Positions 57,101 through 64,000 of a stretch of 64,000 nucleotides of DNA are shown piece by piece. The stretch spans positions 141,112,001 to 141,176,000 of the forward strand of contig NC_042998.1 of assembly GCF_006345805.1 (NCBI RefSeq), read 5' to 3'. Under the pieces are notes generated by a model, which was not told where the DNA came from, did not search any database, and worked only from the letters and a program-made list of their open reading frames with translations. How positions within the stretch are numbered: position 1 is the stretch's first letter; the number at the start of each line of letters is the position of its first letter. This DNA comes from Octopus sinensis. Its lineage: Eukaryota. The translations under genes were made by a program, and so were the position numbers.

Positions 57101-60100
57101 TTTAAGATATCATAAATGTAAAGATGACTTTTAAGTAAAAGCTAGCTAATTACTGTTCTTACTGTTTTGATCATGACATTTTCCTTGTCGGCAGTGAGTC
57201 TGAAGGGATTCACAAGGGGAAATATATCTAGCAGCTATTGTTTTCCCATTGAACTTTGCCACAACAGACATATGATACAAAGGCTGCTAATTAAACTTAC
57301 CATTATGCTCCATTTTTTTTTTGTCTGGGGCTAAAATGCATATTCTATCTTGGAGTATGTTTGGAATATAAGAGCATTCCAAGAATATTGTCCAGTATGA
57401 AGTTCTTAGAAGGGTTATTTTACAGTTGGTTGCCCAACTAATATACCAAGCAGAAAAACAAGAACCCTTTCCGTAGCATATATACTGAAATGCATTAAAT
57501 GTGACTTCTTTTTTTTTTTTCATCCAAGAAGTATCTGGAATAGAGGTTGAAATCTGACAGCTCATCTGCTGGGCTGAATTTCAGTAATATTGGAAAATAC
57601 ATTCAAGCAAATTGTCTACGCTTATTATAGAGTTTAAAGAATAAGGTAAATATTCTTTTACTTGTTTCAGTCATTGTGACTGTGGCCATACTGGAGCACT
57701 GTCTTTTAGTCGAGCAAATCGACCCCAGGACTTATTCTTTGTAAGCCTAGTACTTATTCTATCAGCCTCTTTTGCCGAACCGCTAAGTTACAGGGATGTA
57801 AACACATTAGAAGCATGAAGACAGGGAAAGCCCCAGGCCCATCAGGAATTACTGCAGAGATGCTCAAAATATCTGGCAGTGTCGGCTATAACCTAGTCAC
57901 CCGTATAGTTAACCAGGTGATACACGAAGGAGTCATACCCAATGACTGGTGTAGCAGCATACTAGTCAACTGCTACAAAGGTAAAGGAGACGCTCTAGAT
58001 ACAAATAATTACAGAGGTATCAAGCTGTTGGATCAGGTAATGAAGGTTACAGAGAGGGTCATAGCCCAACTGATTAGGGAGAGAGTCAACTTGGACGAGA
58101 TGCAGGTTGGTTTCATGCCAGGGAAAAGCACCACTGATGCCATATTTCTGGTGAGACAACTGCAGGAGAAATACCTAGCCAAAGATAAGCCCCTGTACCT
58201 GGCTTTCGTTGACATGGAGAAAGCCTTTGACAGGGTCCCCGATCCCTTATCTGGTAGTCAATGAGGAAACTAGGGATAGATGAATGGCTGGTGAGGGCTG
58301 TGCAAGACATGTACAGGGATGCTGTAAGTAAGGTTAGGGTTGGCAACATGTACACAGAAGAATTCAAAGTAGAGGTTGGGGTCCACCAGGGTTCAGTACT
58401 CAGCCCCCTCCTATTTATCATAGTCCTCCAGGCAATTACGGAGGAATTCAAGACAGGTTGCCCCTGGGAGCTCCTCTATGCTGACGACCTTGCTCTAATT
58501 GCTGAGTCACTATCAGAACTGGAGGAGAAGTTCCAGGTGTGGAAGGAGGGTTTAGAATCGAGGGGCCTTAGAGTCAACCTAGTAAAACCAAAGTACTAAT
58601 AAGTAGGAAGGTAGACAATCCACAAATGTCTTCAGGAAGATGGCCCTGCTCGATCTGTAGAAAAGGTGTAGGTAGAAACTCTATAAGATGTACCCAGTGT
58701 AAGCTATGGACACATAAGAGGTGCAGCAATATCAAAGGAAGGTTAACTGGGAAGATAGTTTTTGTATGTGGCAGATGCTCGGGAGCATTAAACTCTGAAA
58801 ATCTGCAGAAAACAACTCCCGTCACTTTCCAGGGGAAAAAACTAGAAGTAGTTGATAGCTTCCGTTATCTAGGTGACCAAGTCAGTAGTGGGGGTGGGTG
58901 CGTTGAAAGTGTAACTGTTAGAGTAAGAATAGCCTGGGCAAAGTTTAGGGAGCTTTTACCTCTGCTGGTGACTAAAGGCCTCTCGCTCAGAGTAAAAAGC
59001 AGACTGTATGATGCATGTGTACGAACAGCCATGCTACATGGCAGTGAAACATGGGCCGTGACTACTGAGGACATGCGTAAGCTCGCGAGGAATGAAGCCA
59101 GTATGCTCCGATGGATGTGTAATGTCAGTGTGCATACTCGACAGAGCGTTAGTACCTTGAGAGAAATGTTGGACCTAAGAAGCATCAGTTGTTGTGTGCA
59201 AGAGAGACGATTGCGCTGGTATGGTCATGTGGCGAGAATGGATGAAGATAGGTGTGTGAAAAAGTGCCAATCCCTAGCAGTTGAGGGAACCCGTGGAAGA
59301 GGTAGACCCAGGAAAACCTGGGACGAGGTGGTGAAGCACGACCTTCGAACTTTAGGTCTCACTAAGGAAATGACCAGCGACCGAGATCTTTGGAAATATG
59401 CTGTACGTGAGAAGACCAGGCAGGACAAGTGAGTCCAGCCCACTTATGCATGCCTTTCCTCCCTTGGACACACAAAGACCTGTTGAGGCAAGCGAAGTCG
59501 ATATCGAACCTCATTCGATGACAGGCACCCATGCAAAGACCTGTTGGGGCAAGTGAAATCGAAATCGGAATTGAAATTGAACCAATCCTATGACTGGCAC
59601 CCGGCAGATGCCAGGACCCCTGGACTGGTGGTACGTAAAAAGCACTATCCGAATCGTGGCCGATGCCAGCGCCGCCTCGACTGGCTTCCGTACCGGTGGC
59701 ATGTAAAAAGCACCATCCGAATCGTAGCCGAAGCCAGTGCCGCCTCGACTGGCTTCCGTGCTGGTGGCACGTAAAATGCACCAATCCAACCGTGGCCAAT
59801 GCCAGCCTCGCCTGGCACCTGTGCAGGTGGCACGTAAAAAGCACCCACTGCACTCATGGAGTGGTTGGCGTTAGGAAGGGCATCCAGCTGTAGAAACATT
59901 GCCAGATAAGACTGGAGCCTGGTGCAGCCTTCTGGCTTCCCAAATCCCCGGTCGAACCGTCCAACCCATGCTAGCATGGAGAACGGACGTTAAACGATGA
60001 TGATGATGACATATAATATATACACACACATGCCATATTTAAGATCCCCATTTTTTCCAGACAAATGTCTCCCTACCAAAAATCACTCCTATATGTGAAA

Positions 60101-62136
60101 ATTGGACTATACTTGAGTGCTTAAATGTATTGAAAACTTTTTCCTCAGTTTGTGCTATTAAATTGAAGTATGTCTTTTATAACATCAAATACAATGTGTA
60201 TGTGTGTGCGTATATGTATGTATATATATATATATACACACACAAATACACAGCAGGTTTCCATTTACCAAATCCACTCACAGAGCAATGTTTGTCGGGG
60301 GTATTCAAAACACTTGTAATGCCATAGAGTGATACCAAACCCATACCTGCGTCTATATATATGTGTTGTAAATATCTAGCTCCTAAAGACAGCTAGTAGA
60401 TTAGTCAATTCATAGTGTACTAAGATATTAAATGACACAATCTACTTCTACCACTATCTTAAAAGAAATGTAAACATAAGTAGCTCACTTTTTTTCTTCA
60501 TAATCAAACCGACGTCCATAACGTTTACGGTGGAGTTCAATATGCTCATTCTGCGGCTGAAATATTAAGAAAATTTAAAGGTTTTAAAAGAAACATTTTA
60601 ACAAATTCAATACAAATAAATGTTAGACATTACATTAAACCAGGATTTGCATATTTATTCTTAATATGGTCCAGTAGATTCAAATATCAATATGCTAATC
60701 ATTGTTGTTTCATGACAGAACACTTCTCCTTTATAATGAATGTGTGTTCATAACATTTGATTCATTAATCCAAGAGGCTCTGAAGCAACCCAGTGTTTCA
60801 ACATCAATGTATCTCATCAGCCAGAGGCACTGATGAATATAAGATGAGCATTGACTTTTGTTTATAACTTCAGTGAACTGTTTGTCGACCAATATTGATA
60901 TCTGCCAACCGATATCATCCTATGCACGGTGAACAACAAAAATCAAAACACTCATGATTTATTACATTCGATGCCATTCTATTTAACATCAGGTTTATAG
61001 TAGTCCTATGCTAATTACGATACTCTTCCCAATTCTCCAAATATAACAGTATGGAGCTTAACAGTTACAGAAAACACTGGAGTAGTAACTCCTTCATATT
61101 CCATAAAACTTCATTTGTTTAGCTACATTCGTACAACTCACCTACATAGATATAATTAATGGTTATGTTGAATGTCTAACCACTTTTGATACCAACCCGC
61201 CTGAGATCACTTTGGTTCAATGATACAAATACACTGTTTTAAAGTGATCTATAGTAAAACTTTTCAACAAAATCTTGTTATATTTGTTCTAAACACCAGA
61301 TTAATAATGGCAAAATTATTTTACAGAATTCATTATTTTTAAAATTAAGTGGAACATAGTATATTTCAGCAAAAATATATCCAACAGGGATCCACAGTTT
61401 CTGTCAACCCAATTTCTTTAACATGGATTGTGTTGTCTTGACGCAATATCCAGACAATATCAACAGTAAATAACATTTTTATTGACACATAATTTTCGAA
61501 GTACACACATAATAAAGCGTAGTAAAATACCTCGTTGTAAAAACAAAGGCAATTTCCTATTTGACGTGCTTAAATTCGAATTTGTTTCAATTTCATTTCA
61601 ACTCGATTAGCATGTCTCGTGGAAAGCCCTGCTGCTCCTCGTTTATTGTGAATCAGAATGCAATACATACAGATGAGCAGATTACTCAATGAAAAGCATA
61701 GAATTACGACACTGGCCTAATCTTTGTCAAACTCAGCGACTTGCGATTGCTTGGTATGCCTGCCGTGGATGGTAGTGCCAAGGGGAAAACTCTATTCAAA
61801 ATAAATCTAACGTTTTTCCTCACTTTCTACTCGCTGTTCGCTGTACCACTTATAAATATGAAATGTTATATTGAAATAAACTTTTAGGATCACTATGATT
61901 TTACGAACGTCAAATAGGAAATCACCTAAACAAATAATTTTCTAACACAATAGGAAATGTAGTCATTATATACTTTTGGAAGATACCAAAAGTTTTGGGG
62001 AAAATTGTTTAATGGAGGTTTTGTGTAAACCAAACATCCACACGTGTCGACAAATATTTAACGATAATATAAACTCTTAAAGTATTCTATGATAATTAAA
62101 TGGTGGAAATATTTTATTATAAACTTTACTTACCAT
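42153..62136 (-). CDS. NSA2: Ribosome biogenesis protein NSA2 homolog, 10 coding exons, 260 aa: join(62134-62136,60489-60556,56960-57025,55801-55854,54266-54416,52904-52988,51882-51976,45644-45784,44107-44158,42153-42220)
   Basis: Spliced ORF of 783 nt: [15 protein letters not shown]...[13 protein letters not shown]...[43 protein letters not shown]...[22 protein letters not shown], the recognisable NSA2 sequence; all introns GT-AG with compatible phases. Confidence 0.97.
44107..44158 (-). CDS. NSA2: NSA2 exon 9 ([17 protein letters not shown])
   Basis: CAG acceptor, GTAAGT donor, 52 nt. Confidence 0.95.
45644..45784 (-). CDS. NSA2: NSA2 exon 8 ([14 protein letters not shown]...[10 protein letters not shown])
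   Basis: CAG acceptor, GTAAGG donor, 141 nt. Confidence 0.95.
47482..47776 (-). mobile_element. Helentron-associated (HINE/DINE-like) non-autonomous element in NSA2 intron 7
   Basis: 5' hairpin AATACCTCCGCCT...AGGCGGAGGTATT, (GTTT)n tract, 3' GAGGTTTGCGCTCTCTGAGTGC hairpin. Confidence 0.6.
48888..50117 (+). repeat. Tandem array of ~362-bp units (361, 330, 362, partial)
   Basis: Near-identical units starting ATCTCTATTTATT at 48888, 49249, 49579, 49941. Confidence 0.95.
50195..50840 (+). repeat. Tandem array of ~156-bp C-rich units x4
   Basis: Units starting CCCACCACCATTATAGG at ~50195, 50351, 50525, 50680. Confidence 0.95.
50841..51083 (+). mobile_element. RTE LINE 3' end with (GAT)n tail
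   Basis: Matches the 3' UTR at ~59690-60009 (GGAGTGGTTGGCGTTAGGAAGGGCATCCAGCTGTAGAA...ACGGACGTTAAACGATGATG). Confidence 0.85.
51882..51976 (-). CDS. NSA2: NSA2 exon 7 ([31 protein letters not shown])
   Basis: CAG acceptor, GTAAGT donor, 95 nt. Confidence 0.96.
52904..52988 (-). CDS. NSA2: NSA2 exon 6 ([28 protein letters not shown])
   Basis: CAG acceptor, GTAAGT donor, 85 nt. Confidence 0.95.
54266..54416 (-). CDS. NSA2: NSA2 exon 5 ([12 protein letters not shown]...[10 protein letters not shown])
   Basis: TAG acceptor, GTAAGT donor, 151 nt. Confidence 0.96.
54790..55670 (+). mobile_element. Decayed mariner transposase in NSA2 intron 4
   Basis: Broken-frame [52 protein letters not shown]. 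Confidence 0.8.
55801..55854 (-). CDS. NSA2: NSA2 exon 4 ([17 protein letters not shown])
   Basis: CAG acceptor, GTATGT donor, 54 nt. Confidence 0.94.
55952..56165. mobile_element. TTAA-flanked MITE (piggyBac-like termini)
   Basis: TTAA|CTCTTTAGTATT ... AATGCTAAAGGG|TTAA. Confidence 0.55.
56960..57025 (-). CDS. NSA2: NSA2 exon 3 ([21 protein letters not shown])
   Basis: CAG acceptor, GTAAGT donor, 66 nt. Confidence 0.93.
57806..60009 (+). mobile_element. 5'-truncated RTE-type LINE in NSA2 intron 2, antisense to the host gene
   Basis: [66 protein letters not shown]; repetitive 3' UTR and (GAT)n tail; two frameshifts and one stop. Confidence 0.92.
60489..60556 (-). CDS. NSA2: NSA2 exon 2 ([22 protein letters not shown])
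   Basis: CAG acceptor, GTGAG donor, 68 nt. Confidence 0.95.
62134..62136 (-). CDS. NSA2: NSA2 exon 1 coding part (ATG only)
   Basis: Minus strand CCAATC-ATG|GTAAGT; supplies the Met that exon 2 lacks, in phase 0. Confidence 0.8.
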
Positions 62137-62199
62137 GATTGGTTGTTATAAATATGATCCTTTCTTCTAAAACGTGGGAAATTAGTTTGTTTTTGACAA

Positions 62200-62310
62200 G
62201 AAAAACAAATTTCGTGTCAGCAACAGAGGAGCGCGACACCTTGAAAGGAAGTTTCTTGTGCGCATGTCCGTAAGTGTAATTAAGTCATACATTATTATGG
62301 CGTCTGCTTG
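62200..62310 (-). promoter_or_regulatory. Probable NSA2 core promoter region
   Basis: Local CpG enrichment just upstream of exon 1 with GGAAGT (ETS-like), TGCGCATG (NRF1 half-like) and ATGGCG (YY1-like) motifs; motif calls are weak individually. Confidence 0.4.
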
Positions 62311-64000
62311 AAATTGCATCAAACATACGTGCACACACCCAAGCAAACACACACACATACAAAACTATCAGGGACCTATCAGCGGATGATGGATTTGCCA
62401 AAAATAGTAGTAAAATCTATCTCAAATTTAACCCTACAGTCTTAAAATAAAGTGTTACATTTGATAAAGCTGTTATAGATACACTATACCTCAATGAAAA
62501 AAGCGTAATAGTCCCAAGTGGAACACTTTTGATCACAGGTCTGCAAAATAAGGGCTAACTTGGGGTTAAACAATAATAACCACTCTTATAGGTTTTCTCC
62601 ATCAGAACTGAATTTGATTTAAATTGACATGAATTATACTACAACATAGATTATGTACATTTTTGTACTTTACAGAAAGAAAAACTTTCTAGCTGGCATG
62701 GCTGTGTGGTAAGGAGTTTGCTTCCCAACCACATAGATCTGGGTTCACTCCCACTGCTTGGCACCTTGTGCAGATGTCTTCTACTGTTGCCTCAGGCCAA
62801 CCAAAGCCTTGTGAGTGGGTTTGGTAGACGAAAACTCAAAGAAGACCATCGTATATGTGTTTAAATGTGTGCATGTGTCTGTGTTTGTTCACAACCACTG
62901 CTTGACATCTGGTGTTTGTGTGTTTATGTCTGCATAACTTAGTGGTTCAGCAAATTAGACAGAATGAGTACCAGGCTTTAAAAGAAAATAAGTACTAGGG
63001 TTCAACTAAAAATTCCTCAATGTGCTGCTCCAGCATGGATGCGGTCTAATGACAGAAACAAGTAGAAGATAAAAGATACTGCAAGTTTTCATGTAGTAAA
63101 ACATTTTATTTTACATCATAACAAGTCCCCTCCTTCCCTTTTTTTTTTTTTGTAGGGAGAGAAGGGAATTAGTTCTAAATGTTACTGATTTATTTTGATA
63201 AAGATCCAGGAAAAACAGAAGGTTAAATTGACAGTGATATTTAAAATTAAATGTTATACAGGGTGCAGAGAACAAAGAAAAACTTCCAGATTCACAATTC
63301 TTGATAAAAATCTCAATAGCAAACACACCATGTGTACCAGTTCAATCTATGATGATAATTGAAGACAAATGGTGAAACATTAGCTACTTGAAGACTGTCT
63401 TAGAACCTGCCTATCTTAACTCATACCACATCAATAGCTCTGTAAGATATGGGCAGATTATTTCTTGCTTTCTGTATGTTATCAAATCCAACTCACACAT
63501 CTACTTGCTGCTTTTTCAGATATTATGAACATGTGGCTAGATTAATGTAAAATGTTGCATCATTTATGCTTAAATAGTTGGAAACTGACTCATCCTGTAT
63601 GTTCCTAATGATTGGTCACATAAACTGGTCATATGATGATATAATACTTGACCAAGTCTGTTTCTTGGACTGGTCTAATTTTGTGCAGGATTAAGTTTTG
63701 TATCCTATCGCGTTATGCAATAGACCAACCAACACGACAAAATCAAATGCCTGTTTTAACCTTTGTCTTTAAATAGCATGGTTTTTCATTTTCACAAGTG
63801 AGGTCAGAATTTTCAGTGAGAGGAGAGACATTGCCAGGAAGCTATGTCACACTCACATCATTTTGTTCCTGTTTGCCAATCACTTATAACCAAATTTCAA
63901 CTGAGTTGAGAAACTATGTATGATTACTACAGACAGTTATCTTCATGATGTATCCACCTGGTTTGCTGTATTATTTTATTTAGTGAATAAATAAAGTATT

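Noticed and set aside
57178-57290. Double-hairpin H/ACA snoRNA candidate in intron 2
   Set aside because: No ANANNA hinge box on either strand and pairing is better on the non-host strand
60790-60940. Intronic H/ACA or C/D snoRNA in NSA2 intron 1 (two adjacent hairpins, CTGATGA)
   Set aside because: On the host strand the H and ACA boxes are poorly spaced relative to the hairpins and no D box pairs with the C-like box; needs snoReport/Infernal to revive
62140-64000. Divergent head-to-head partner gene upstream of NSA2
   Set aside because: No recognisable plus-strand coding exon; region holds MITE and SINE sequence only

Overview
Eukaryotic, AT-rich, microsatellite-saturated genomic DNA. The SINE/LINE repertoire looks cephalopod (Octopus-like); this is inference from repeat style. 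One protein-coding host gene is supported: a 10-exon minus-strand NSA2 (60S ribosome biogenesis factor), which I spliced by hand to a complete 260-aa ORF at 42153..62136 with GT-AG introns. The rest is transposon-derived: an L1/Tx1-like LINE end, a near full-length R4/Dong-type RLE retrotransposon in (AAT)n, a 5'-truncated RTE LINE with a PHD-like finger, decayed mariner/Tc1/pogo elements, Helitron/Helentron-type non-autonomous elements, MITEs, at least three tRNA-like SINE families and a 100-N gap. Most ORF-track entries are microsatellite translations. Main observations: (i) several minimal hammerhead-ribozyme-like motifs in short microsatellite-embedded elements, some with a shared variant core; (ii) an (AAT)n 'landing pad' cluster with an R4/Dong element, a chimeric copy and a non-coding companion showing nested 5' truncations; (iii) a composite tandem-array + RTE-tail element nested in a mariner in NSA2 intron 7; (iv) a SINE sharing its 3' tail with the L1/Tx1-like LINE. 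Repeat boundaries are by eye and approximate; exon boundaries were checked base by base.
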